NCBI GenBank assembly: GCA_040772485.1
Contig: JAXGYC010000008.1
Span: 416,001 to 480,000 of the forward strand
Direction: 5' to 3'
Length of the DNA stretch: 64,000 nt
From: Sedimentisphaerales bacterium
GTDB taxonomy: Bacteria > Planctomycetota > Phycisphaerae > Sedimentisphaerales > Anaerobacaceae
Shown here: positions 19,103-28,276 of the stretch, in pieces
Position numbering within the stretch: the stretch's first letter is position 1
Layout of the letters: every line of letters begins with the position of its first letter
Notes under the pieces: model-generated
Database searches by the model: none
What the model saw: only the letters and a program-made list of their open reading frames with translations
What the model was told of the DNA's origin: nothing
Position numbers and translations under genes: made by a program

Positions 19103-21346
19103 TCACGGGCGTCTGAGGATCGTCAGCCGGCTCTTGCCGGCGGAATCGAGCGGTGTGGAGAATGTTGGGACCCAATCCAACGGCGCGCCGTCAGGCCCGG
19201 CGGGGCGAGATACCGTCACGATGTAGTCCACCTCTCGCAGATCGACGGACTGTTCGTAGGGCACCTGCGTCCGCTCGGCATAGAATCCGATCCGCCGGTC
19301 GGCCGCCGCGATCACCTCGTCGGCCGTGGTGTTGTGCCGGAGCCAGCGGGCCGCCGCAAGGAAGGCCCGGTCCTTGTCGTCTCCGGGCAACAGGAGCTTC
19401 GCAGTGCAGATTCCCACGCCGATCGCGAGCAGCAGGCAGAACCAGCGCCGTTGCAGTACCCCCTCTCCCAACGCCTGCCCGCCGCGTCCCGAGGCGAATC
19501 TGGCAAGCCATTGGGCGATCACGTCCAGGCCCACCGGGACATAGGCGATGGTCAGGGCGACCAGTCCCAGGCTGTAGCGGCTGCTCACGACCGGCTGAAT
19601 CCACAAGTATCGGCCGAGCATCAGCAGGATGTTCACAGAGACGATGGCGATCATCAACGCCCGCTCATACGCTCCGGCCTCGCGGCGCAGGCGGTACCAC
19701 AGGCCCACGCACCAAGGCACCAGGAAGTACTGCATCAGATTGTCGCTGATACTGCGAAAGATCGAGTTCGCCACGCGCACAAACGCCGCCAGGCGGCCGG
19801 GACCGTCTGCCGCCAGCACACCCGCGTGCATCGGCCGGGTATCGCCCACCTCGATCTGAACCAATTGGCCGCTTTGCAGACTTCCGTCGTCCACAATGAG
19901 GTTCAGTTGGTGGATGCTCCGCTGGTCCGGTCGCGGACGCCACCGAACGAGATTGCCGTCCAAAGCCAGCCCGGCCGGAGGCGCCGAGCCCGCATGGGCG
20001 TACCATGCGAAGGCGTCGCGCACCAGGTCCCCGTCGCCTTCGATGGCCCACGTGCGTTGTCCCGCTCGATCGCGGAACCGATAGACGGCGATGGCGTCGG
20101 CCGGCCGGCGGTCCTCGCCGAAGGCGTAGAACGCCACACCCTCGCTCTGCCATTGGTTCTGTGGTTCGCCCTGGACTACCACCTTTCGCTCCGATTCGGA
20201 GAGCGTGTAGAAATGCCTGTTGAGCACCGGCGACCAGAACCCATAGACCGGCAAGAGCCCCTCTGTCGCGTTCGCCTCGGCGTAGACGTAACCGGCGATG
20301 CCATCGTACTCCCACACGCCCGGGCGGTAGCGAGTCAAGAGCAGGCTCTTCTGGCGGTCAGAGATTGTCCAAAGACTGTCGCCCGTTCCGCTCAATCGGA
20401 GACGATACACAGGCCGCGTGCCGACCGGCACCGCGACAACGGAATACGTCATCGCGTCACCGTCGGGATCGAATGCTTCGATCGGCATTTCAAGAAGCGA
20501 TCCGGCGGCAACCTCGAATTGCAGCGGCTCGTAGTGTACGGTCCGGCCGCCGACAGACGCGATGACCGGCGCGCGGTTGAACTCAGGAGGGTCCAGCTTG
20601 CGAGCGGTTGGCAGTCCCGCCCAGGCCACATAAGGGGCGGCCGGAATCGCGAAACCCAGGAGCAGGAGAACGGCGGCCCCGACCAGGGCCCGCGCACGCA
20701 GCCGCGGCTCCGCCGGACACTGAGACCGCGGTGTCACCAGGACGACCGCCAGACCGATGAAGGCGTAGACAACCAGTTGGGCACATTCCGGGCGGAACAG
20801 ATAACCCAGTCCCGCGTCGAGACCGATCAGCCCGAACAGCCACCATTCCCGGCGGCGAAGGGCCAGAAACGTGAGCCAGACACCCAGGGCCAGGAAGAAC
20901 AGAAACGGCCATTCCCGCAGCACGTCGCTGCCGTTGTGGGCCGGATACGGCAAGACGATCAGGATCAGGACAGCCCAGAAGCTCCTTCGCGCCCCCACCA
21001 GCATCCGGCTGAGAAGATACAGCGGGATCAACGCCAACAGCCGCAGCAGAAGCGTCACCGCCAGCGATGGAATGACCCACGCCATGGGCGTATCACCGGC
21101 CCCGAACAGGACCCCGACCCAATGGGCCACATGCAGCAGAAACGGATAGCCCGCCGGATACATCTGTGCCGTGCGCAGGGGATCGTGCGAGAGGGTCCTC
21201 GCCATGTTGATGTAGAGGACGCCATCTCTGGAGATACACGGGCTGACAATCGCCAGGTAGATTCCCAGGACGAGCGCCAGGACGATGAGCAGAGCAAGGT
21301 CCCGGCCGTCATGTCCAAGCGGTCCCCGGTCCTCCATCCCCTGCAT
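19103..21346 (-). CDS. GT-C fold (ArnT/PMT-like) membrane glycosyltransferase with inserted Ig-like and DUF5648-like domain
   Basis: ISRDGVLY acidic first loop, YPAGYP, SDVLREW, YLFRPE, many TMs. Soluble insert at about 19840-20582. Confidence 0.75.
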   Translation of the reverse strand: MQGMEDRGPLGHDGRDLALLIVLALVLGIYLAIVSPCISRDGVLYINMARTLSHDPLRTAQMYPAGYPFLLHVAHWVGVLFGAGDTPMAWVIPSLAVTLLLRLLALIPLYLLSRMLVGARRSFWAVLILIVLPYPAHNGSDVLREWPFLFFLALGVWLTFLALRRREWWLFGLIGLDAGLGYLFRPECAQLVVYAFIGLAVVLVTPRSQCPAEPRLRARALVGAAVLLLLGFAIPAAPYVAWAGLPTARKLDPPEFNRAPVIASVGGRTVHYEPLQFEVAAGSLLEMPIEAFDPDGDAMTYSVVAVPVGTRPVYRLRLSGTGDSLWTISDRQKSLLLTRYRPGVWEYDGIAGYVYAEANATEGLLPVYGFWSPVLNRHFYTLSESERKVVVQGEPQNQWQSEGVAFYAFGEDRRPADAIAVYRFRDRAGQRTWAIEGDGDLVRDAFAWYAHAGSAPPAGLALDGNLVRWRPRPDQRSIHQLNLIVDDGSLQSGQLVQIEVGDTRPMHAGVLAADGPGRLAAFVRVANSIFRSISDNLMQYFLVPWCVGLWYRLRREAGAYERALMIAIVSVNILLMLGRYLWIQPVVSSRYSLGLVALTIAYVPVGLDVIAQWLARFASGRGGQALGEGVLQRRWFCLLLAIGVGICTAKLLLPGDDKDRAFLAAARWLRHNTTADEVIAAADRRIGFYAERTQVPYEQSVDLREVDYIVTVSRPAGPDGAPLDWVPTFSTPLDSAGKSRLTILRRP

Positions 21347-21361
21347 AACCGCCCTTTCCGC

Positions 21362-22435
21362 TCAGCTCAAGCCATAAGGCTCGATAAGCCTCTCGTGAGG
21401 CTTGAAGCGAAACTGACATTCTTCGGCCGGCGTGCCCAGGACGGTGACCTTCGAAAGATCGCCCTGCCCCATCCCCGCCTCGGCCAGCGACGTCAGGTAC
21501 ATGATCTTGCCGGGGTCGAAGCCCATCAGTTTCGTGGTCAGCACATCGAGCGCCAACGGGTCGAGACTGGCCAGCGCCACCCGCGCGTCCACCGGCGTGC
21601 CGCCCACGGGACCGTTGCCCTCCATCGCCACAAATCCGTCGATCACCCCCAAGTCGGGATAGATCTCCTGGGCCAGGTGGAACATATTGAAGTGGAGCAG
21701 CGCCTTGGGCGAGAAGTTGTACTCCGCATGCGTGAGCCATTTGTCGTTGGTCTTGTAGTCGTTCAGCGGCGCCGCCAGCAGGACGTTCTTGAGCGACAGC
21801 GTCGTTACCGCCCGGTCGTGCGTCTTCATCCTGGCGGCCGAAATGACGTAGGTGTCGGGGTCAAGGAACGTCGAGATGATGCGGATCGGCGTGGGCTTGT
21901 GTCCTTTGCCGAAGACGTAGCGATACACCCACGGCTGCTCGTTCAGATCGATCAGCTTGACATTGTACTCCTTCTCCAGGGCCAGGTAGCCGTAGTTGAC
22001 GTAGCCTTCGTGCGTCCCGCCCCCGAAAGCGGTCGATTCGCCGATCGTGATCTGCCCTTTATGATGGGGCGCGAGAAAATCCAGAATCCCGCGCACCGCA
22101 TCGACGTGCGTCGCGCACAACTCACGACGCGTGCTGACGAAGTTGGGCTTGATCAGGATCTTCTTGTCGCCGATGGAGGCCAGAACCTCGTCCTCAATGT
22201 GCTTGAGGGCCTGATAGACGATGTCCCGCCGGTCGTTGCCCTTGACCAGGCCGACCCTGGCGGGCGGAGCCGATCGCGCAAACAACGTTCCGCCAAGCAC
22301 TTGCGCCTGGTCGATCTGAGATTGAGCCAGAACCACCCGGCCTTTGACGCCCCACGGCCCCAGGGCGGCCGCGACCGCTCCAGCTCCGAACCCGCTGAGA
22401 ATCTGACGACGATTGAAATGGTGCTGCCCCGTCAT
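21362..22435 (-). CDS. DUF362 family protein with Tat signal
   Basis: NRRQIL twin-arginine leader, ILIKPN, MKTHD, TLSLKN, IDGFVAMEGNGP. Confidence 0.9.
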   Translation of the reverse strand: MTGQHHFNRRQILSGFGAGAVAAALGPWGVKGRVVLAQSQIDQAQVLGGTLFARSAPPARVGLVKGNDRRDIVYQALKHIEDEVLASIGDKKILIKPNFVSTRRELCATHVDAVRGILDFLAPHHKGQITIGESTAFGGGTHEGYVNYGYLALEKEYNVKLIDLNEQPWVYRYVFGKGHKPTPIRIISTFLDPDTYVISAARMKTHDRAVTTLSLKNVLLAAPLNDYKTNDKWLTHAEYNFSPKALLHFNMFHLAQEIYPDLGVIDGFVAMEGNGPVGGTPVDARVALASLDPLALDVLTTKLMGFDPGKIMYLTSLAEAGMGQGDLSKVTVLGTPAEECQFRFKPHERLIEPYGLS

Positions 22436-22480
22436 GTGTTTCCCCTGAACCTGTGGTGATTTGATCGAGCCACGGCAGAT

Positions 22481-22509
22481 ATTCTACCGAACCGCCCCTG
22501 TTCCTACAA
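22481..22509 (-). promoter_or_regulatory. Sigma70-like promoter of the DUF362 gene
   Basis: TTGTAG-N17-TAGAAT, the same boxes as at 8404-8432. Confidence 0.55.
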
Positions 22510-22660
22510 CCTGTGCATTCTGCGAAAGTTACGGCTGCACGAGTGAGATGGTCCCGGTTTCAGCGGGGCCGATTGCAGGCAGGATAGATGACAAGCTGGG
22601 GCAAACCGGATGGGGTACAACACACAAATCGCTGTGTTCGCGATGGGCGTGAGCCAATCG

Positions 22661-22741
22661 GTGGTAAGGGGCAGGGGGCACCTCGGCTCGTCCGAAAGCC
22701 GTCGCTTCGGCCCACCTGTAAGTGCCCCCCTTTCCCCCCAC
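22661..22741 (-). ncRNA. Candidate small structured RNA
   Basis: Long hairpin GGGGGCAC/GTGCCCCC with inner CCGAAAGC/GCTTCGG. Extended -10 TGCTATGGT at 22754-22746. Confidence 0.3.
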
Positions 22742-22932
22742 ATAAACCATAGCAAACAAAGCCGCGACTGCCTCATGTTCCAGTGTCCCGCGTTCACAGA
22801 TTATTGGCCGCCGACGGTCCTCCAGGGGGGCGAAACGCGCGCAAGACCACCGCGGCGGGTTCCGATGGTGCATGCCTCTCGATGAGACCATACCCCATGA
22901 TCGACGTCAGATACCCGTCGCCAAGGCCGTTC

Positions 22933-24288
22933 TCAAATGGCGCGGAGCAGGTGGACGGCGGCTTTGGCGCCGCGAATGAAGCTGTCGAGGCTGAAATGCT
23001 CGTTGGGGCCGTGCGGGTGGTCGCTGTCGAGGCCGAAGCCCATGAGCACGACGGGGCATCGCAACTGCTCGCCGAAGGTGCTGACGACCGGGATGGACCC
23101 GCCGCAACGGATGAAGACCGTTTCGCGGCCGAAACCTTTGCGAAGGGCCTCCTGGGCGGCGCGGATCACCGGCGTGTTCACGTCGAACAATACCGGCGGG
23201 CTCATGGCGCAGCCCGGAATCTCCAGGCGGACCGTGTCCGGACAGACGGCACGGATGTGTTCGAAGACCAGATCGCGGATCCTGGCCGGGTCCTGATGCG
23301 GCACCAGCCGCACACTGACCTTGGCAGTGGCACTGGCCGGGATGATCGTCTTGGCGCCCTGGCCCTGATAGCCGCCGAAGATGCCGTTGACCTCGAACGT
23401 CGGACGAGCCCAGAGCCGCTCCAACGTGCTGTACCCGGCTTCACCGTGCAGGCGCGGGATACTCAGCTCGCGAGCCAAGGCCTGGTCGTCGGACCCAAGT
23501 TTGCGGAAGTTCTCGCGCTCCCAGTCTTCCAGCGGCGCGACGTCGTCGTAGAAATGCGGAACCAGGACCTTGCCCTCGGGCGACACGCAGGCCACCAGGA
23601 TCTGAGCCACGGCCATCGCGGGATTGGCGATGGCGCCGCCGTAGGCGCCGGAATGGACGTCGCTGCTGGGTCCTTTGACGGTGAACTCGAAGGTGAAGAT
23701 GCCTCGCAGGCCGTTCGTGATGGCCGGCGTGTTCGCGTCATACATCGTGCTGTCGGAAATGACCACGGCGTCGCAGGCCAACTCTTCCCGTGCCTGCCTG
23801 ACATAGCGAGGCAGTGCATCCCCGCCGGACTCCTCTTCGCCTTCGAGCAGAAACATCACCTCACAGGGAAGCTCCCCCTCGGCTGCCAGCAGGCTCTCGA
23901 CGGCTTTGACGTGGGCAAAGAGCTGGCCCTTGTCGTCGGTCGCGCCGCGACCGTACAGGATGCCGTCGCGGATAGTCGGCTCGAACGGCGGCGTCTTCCA
24001 CTCGTCCAGCGGGTCCTCGGGCTGCACGTCGTAGTGCCCGTAGATGAGCACGCGACGGGACTTCTTGCCCTTGGCGCTCGCGCGCACGATCGGCTGGCCT
24101 CCGATGTCGATGAGCTGCGCCTCGAGACCCAGCTTGCGAAAGTGATCCACCAGCCACTCGGCGCACGCGCGGGTGTCCTTATCCCGCGCCCGCTGCGCGC
24201 TGACGGAGGGAAACCGCATGAACTGCTTGAGTTCTTCGATGAAGCGAGACTGATTCGCGTCGATGTGCGCTTCGGCTCGATCTGTCAT
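22933..24288 (-). CDS. M20 family dipeptidase (CNDP-like)
   Basis: YGHYDVQP, GRGATDDKG, EGEEESG, GGSIP, HGPNEHF. Confidence 0.93.
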   Translation of the reverse strand: MTDRAEAHIDANQSRFIEELKQFMRFPSVSAQRARDKDTRACAEWLVDHFRKLGLEAQLIDIGGQPIVRASAKGKKSRRVLIYGHYDVQPEDPLDEWKTPPFEPTIRDGILYGRGATDDKGQLFAHVKAVESLLAAEGELPCEVMFLLEGEEESGGDALPRYVRQAREELACDAVVISDSTMYDANTPAITNGLRGIFTFEFTVKGPSSDVHSGAYGGAIANPAMAVAQILVACVSPEGKVLVPHFYDDVAPLEDWERENFRKLGSDDQALARELSIPRLHGEAGYSTLERLWARPTFEVNGIFGGYQGQGAKTIIPASATAKVSVRLVPHQDPARIRDLVFEHIRAVCPDTVRLEIPGCAMSPPVLFDVNTPVIRAAQEALRKGFGRETVFIRCGGSIPVVSTFGEQLRCPVVLMGFGLDSDHPHGPNEHFSLDSFIRGAKAAVHLLRAI

Positions 24289-26462
24289 GAGATCAGGTCC
24301 TTTCTATCTGCTGATTCGCTCTGCGGCTTCCGGACCGTAGTCACGTAGAGCCAGATGGTGACGAACGCCAGGAGGATCACACCGATCGGGCCGCCGAAGG
24401 GGACCATGCCCTCCCACAGGGGCATCTCGATACCTCGCTGCTTGGCGATCACGATGGGAATGGCGACGAGGATGCCCATCAAGGCTTCGCCGGTGATCAG
24501 GCCGGAGGCCATCAACAGGCCCCGGCGTTCGGACCCGTCGATCGCCGCGCTGTCGCTGCGATTGCGCTTGTGGTATGCCTTGACCGCCAGGCTGACAAGG
24601 CCGCCGATGAAGATCGGCACCGACAACTGGAACGGCAGGTAGAACCCGATGGCGACCGCCAGAACCGGGGTCCGGAACGGATACTGGCGCGCTTGCAGGT
24701 ATTGATCCAGGATGATGATGCCCACGGCAATGCCCATCCCCACGATCAGGTACGCCCAAGGCAGTCCTCCCTCGAAGACGCCCTTGGCCACCGAGGCCAT
24801 CAGATTGGCCTGAGGCGAGGAGAGCGCCTTGGAGCCGGCGTCTTTCATGCCTGCAAAGCCATATGCGCCCTGGAGCAGAATGAGCACCGGACCGATGATG
24901 AGCGCGCCCGCGACGGTCCCGACCATCTCCATGACCTGCTGCTTCCATGGGGTGGTGCCGACGAGGCGGCCGCACTTGAGGTCCTGCATCACGTCGCCGG
25001 CGATGGCGGCGGCGCAGCAGATGACCGCGCCGACGATGATCGCGGCGGCAGGGCCGTTCTCGGCCGCCTTGCCCATGAGCAGCACCAGCAGCAGGGATGA
25101 GACCAGCACCGTCGAGACAGTGACGCCGGAGATGGGGTTGTTCGACGAACCGACCAGGCCGGCCATGTACCCCGCCACGGCGGCAAACAAGAAGCCCGTG
25201 GCGAGCATGACCAACGCCATCACAAGAGAAACGTGCACCTGCTGGACGTAGTGCTGGTAGACCATAAACAGTGGGACCACGGAGGCGATGATCAGGAAGA
25301 TAATCCACTGCATCGGCAGGTCCCTCTCTGTTCGCTCCACGGAGCCTGTGCCCTCCTTGATCTTCTTATACGCGCGCAATCCGCTGGCCATGCCGCTGAC
25401 GAGGGACTTTCGCAGGTGGAATATCGTCCAGAGCCCGCCCACGAGCATGCCTCCGACGCCGAGGAAGCGAGTCCGCTTGGACCAGGTCCGCTGCGCGTAC
25501 TCCAGAGCGGCGACCGGCTGGCCCAGTTTGGCCAGGATCGCATCGTTGTGCTTCCGCACGTCGTTGACGTCTTCGACCGACGCATTGGGATCGGCGACCC
25601 TGGTCTGGAGCACGAACGAATCCCAGACACGCGGCTCGTTCGCGCGGCTGTCCCAGGCGGCGGCATCGTTCGGATCGATGATCCTGTACCTGGCGTCCGG
25701 AGTGTCCCAGCCGGCAGGGACATTCTGGTTCAGGAGCTGGTATGTGGGCCACTCGCTCTTGGCGGCGACGATGGGGATGGCGACGAACCAGTTGAGCGCG
25801 CCGCCCACAAAGATCAGGACCGCGATGTTCAGGCCGACGATGTACCCGACCGACAGCAGGGCCGGACTGAGGTTCGAGCCGAAGTACGCGATGGAGCCGC
25901 CCATCCGCCGGGCGCCCTGCATGATTTCGGGCCAGATGCCCAAGGCGTTGGCGCCGACCTTGAACAGTCCGCCCGCCAGGGCCGCGTTGACGATGTACCG
26001 GATTCCGGAGGCGTCCGTGCGCCCGGTCTCCAGCACCTTGGCGGTGGCGACGCCCTCGGGGAATTGGAGCTTCTGCTCGATGATCAGGGAGCGACGCAGC
26101 GGAATCGTGAACAGCACGCCCAGCAGACCGCCGAAGCCGGCAATGACGGCCACCCAGAAATAGCTGAACTGATCCCAGAAACCGATCAACAGCAGCGCCG
26201 GCAGCGTGAAGATCACTCCGGCGGCGAGCGACTCGCCCGCCGAGGCGCACGTGCCGATCAGGTTGCACTCGTAGATCGTGCTGGTCTTGAAGAACCGCAT
26301 GATCCCCAGCGCCATCACCGCCGCCGGAATGGCGGCCGAAACGGTCATCCCGGCGAACAGTCCCAGGTAGGCGTTGGCCGCCGAAAGAACCATCGACAGC
26401 ACCACGCCGAAGAAAAGGACGCGGATTGTCAACTCCTTGGGGGCGTTGTTAGCATCGTTCAT
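24285..26462 (-). CDS. OPT family oligopeptide transporter
   Basis: NAYLGLFAGMTVSAAIPAAV, QFPEGVATAKVL, GSSNNPISG, DVMQDLK, SPQANLM. Confidence 0.95.
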   Translation of the reverse strand: MNDANNAPKELTIRVLFFGVVLSMVLSAANAYLGLFAGMTVSAAIPAAVMALGIMRFFKTSTIYECNLIGTCASAGESLAAGVIFTLPALLLIGFWDQFSYFWVAVIAGFGGLLGVLFTIPLRRSLIIEQKLQFPEGVATAKVLETGRTDASGIRYIVNAALAGGLFKVGANALGIWPEIMQGARRMGGSIAYFGSNLSPALLSVGYIVGLNIAVLIFVGGALNWFVAIPIVAAKSEWPTYQLLNQNVPAGWDTPDARYRIIDPNDAAAWDSRANEPRVWDSFVLQTRVADPNASVEDVNDVRKHNDAILAKLGQPVAALEYAQRTWSKRTRFLGVGGMLVGGLWTIFHLRKSLVSGMASGLRAYKKIKEGTGSVERTERDLPMQWIIFLIIASVVPLFMVYQHYVQQVHVSLVMALVMLATGFLFAAVAGYMAGLVGSSNNPISGVTVSTVLVSSLLLVLLMGKAAENGPAAAIIVGAVICCAAAIAGDVMQDLKCGRLVGTTPWKQQVMEMVGTVAGALIIGPVLILLQGAYGFAGMKDAGSKALSSPQANLMASVAKGVFEGGLPWAYLIVGMGIAVGIIILDQYLQARQYPFRTPVLAVAIGFYLPFQLSVPIFIGGLVSLAVKAYHKRNRSDSAAIDGSERRGLLMASGLITGEALMGILVAIPIVIAKQRGIEMPLWEGMVPFGGPIGVILLAFVTIWLYVTTVRKPQSESADRKDLIS

Positions 26463-26492
26463 CGTGTCTCCCGAGAATCAACCTGTGGAGGG

Positions 26493-28172
26493 CTATTTCA
26501 CGAACTGCTCGACAAAATACCTGGGGCTCAGCGGCTCGCCCGTGGCGCGCTCGATCATGGTGTTCCACGGGTAAACGTCACCGGCCTCGAAGACCTTCCT
26601 CTTGAGGAACCTGCCCACCTTCGGCTTGCCCACGTAGCTTACAGTGTCACCTGTATCGAGCTTGAGCACCTTGTGAACAAGATGATGGTGCAGTTGCGAG
26701 GCCAGCAGCTCGCCGAGCATGTAGTTGTGGTAGTAGCATGGCGCGATGCTGAAGTGAATCTTGGCGGCCCAGTCCGGCTCGTGCCGTCGCGGCGGACGCT
26801 GGACAAGCTGGTACTTCTCGACCAGGTCCCACCACAGCGCGTCGAGGTCCTGGTCCGGATCGGCATATAATTGCTTCTCGAAAAAGTACATCACCATCGC
26901 CCATCGCGCGAAAATCAACTGCTTGAGCTGAGCGTACTTGTCGCTGACGGCGGCGATCTCGGCCCTTTGCCGGTCCGAGAGGTTCAGCATCGCCTGCATC
27001 CAGGCGGGATCGCGACTGAGCCGCCCGAACAACATGGCGATGGCCTCGGTGGTGAACGCATGGGCCGGCTCGCGCAGCAGGTAGGGCACCTCCGGGTCAT
27101 GGTACAGATCGTAGACGCCGTGACCCAATTCGTGCAGCAGCGTCTCCATCCACGTCTCGTTGTTCACCAGGTTGCACAAAATGCGGACGTCGCCTTCCCT
27201 GTCGATGTCGGTGCAGAAGGCGTGCTGGTTCTTGCCCTCCTTCTCGTACAGGTCGCTCCGCGCCAGGATCGAATCGACCGGCAGATCGATGCCGGCGTAG
27301 AACGCCTTGGCCAACTCCCTGACGTCCTTGTCCTTGTAGTAGACATCGAGGTCCAGACTGTAGACCATCGGCGTCTCCTGGAAGAACGGATCGTGATAGT
27401 CCCAGGGCATCATCTCCTGGACCGCGATGCCGCTACGGACCGCCAGCATCGGGTCCAGCTCGCTTTTGAGCCGGGCGAACGACGCGTTGGTCAGCTCGTA
27501 CAGCTCGTTGAAGAGCCTGTCCAGATCGTTGACGTCCTGCTCTCCGGTGGCAAGCACGAGCGTGTGGTAGTTGTCGAAGCCGAGCGATTGCGCCGCCTGG
27601 TTGCGCAGCTTGACCAGCCGGATCAGATCGGCCGCCACCGCCTGACCGACCTGCTTGCTCGCCTCCCAGGCCTGCTTCTTGATGACGCGATTGGTCTGCT
27701 CCTTGAGGATGGTCTTGATCTCATTGTCGGTGACGTTCTCTCCGTCGATGGCGCCGCGGAAGGTGCTGAATCGCTTTTCGATCTCCGTACCGAGCGCCAC
27801 GATCTTCTCCAGCACTTCCGGCTCGATCTGGTTGGCAAGGTACTTGTTGCAGAGCACCTCGAGCTGCCGGGCCAGCAGGGGATCTCTGATGTCACCCGAC
27901 GCCCTGAGCGCCTTGAGGAAGGCGAACTCGTCGGGGTTGCTGTAGATCCTGCGTAGTTGCAGCGTCAGCTCGCTGGAAAGGTCGTAGTCGTTGGCGTCGC
28001 CCGTGATTGCGGCGTTCCATGAGGCCAGGGCTGCCTCTTTCTCGATCGGTTTGATCTTGGCGACATGGTTGGTGACGAACAGTTGCAAGTCTCTCTCCTT
28101 CTTGTCCGGCCCGCAGCCGCAGACGGCCACGCCGACCAGCAGCAACACGCAGGTTCTACACGATTGCCTCAT
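26493..28172 (-). CDS. M2/M3 gluzincin metallopeptidase (peptidyl-dipeptidase-like), lipoprotein
   Basis: Lipobox VCGC, HELGH with downstream EAIAM, PWDY, KIHF..PCYYHNY. Confidence 0.88.
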   Translation of the reverse strand: MRQSCRTCVLLLVGVAVCGCGPDKKERDLQLFVTNHVAKIKPIEKEAALASWNAAITGDANDYDLSSELTLQLRRIYSNPDEFAFLKALRASGDIRDPLLARQLEVLCNKYLANQIEPEVLEKIVALGTEIEKRFSTFRGAIDGENVTDNEIKTILKEQTNRVIKKQAWEASKQVGQAVAADLIRLVKLRNQAAQSLGFDNYHTLVLATGEQDVNDLDRLFNELYELTNASFARLKSELDPMLAVRSGIAVQEMMPWDYHDPFFQETPMVYSLDLDVYYKDKDVRELAKAFYAGIDLPVDSILARSDLYEKEGKNQHAFCTDIDREGDVRILCNLVNNETWMETLLHELGHGVYDLYHDPEVPYLLREPAHAFTTEAIAMLFGRLSRDPAWMQAMLNLSDRQRAEIAAVSDKYAQLKQLIFARWAMVMYFFEKQLYADPDQDLDALWWDLVEKYQLVQRPPRRHEPDWAAKIHFSIAPCYYHNYMLGELLASQLHHHLVHKVLKLDTGDTVSYVGKPKVGRFLKRKVFEAGDVYPWNTMIERATGEPLSPRYFVEQFVK

Positions 28173-28190
28173 CGTTGCACACTCCCTTGC

Positions 28191-28276
28191 GACTTCGGAT
28201 TTCGGGTTGCCGATTGCAGATTACGGGTTGGCGTAGGAGACTCGAATCCGAAATCCGAAATCGTCAATCTGCAATC
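28191..28276. repeat. Inverted heptamer tandem repeat (GATTTCG-like x5 / CAATCCG-like x5)
   Basis: GACTTCG GATTTCG GGTTGCC GATTGCA GATTACG ... GAATCCG AAATCCG AAATCGT CAATCTG CAATC. Confidence 0.8.

Noticed and set aside
19334..22459. 1041-aa plus-strand ORF (similarly 38712-41330, 6257-8089, 16831-18966, 49723-51528)
   Set aside because: Each lies opposite a recognisable gene and has Arg/Gly/Val-rich, motif-free sequence.
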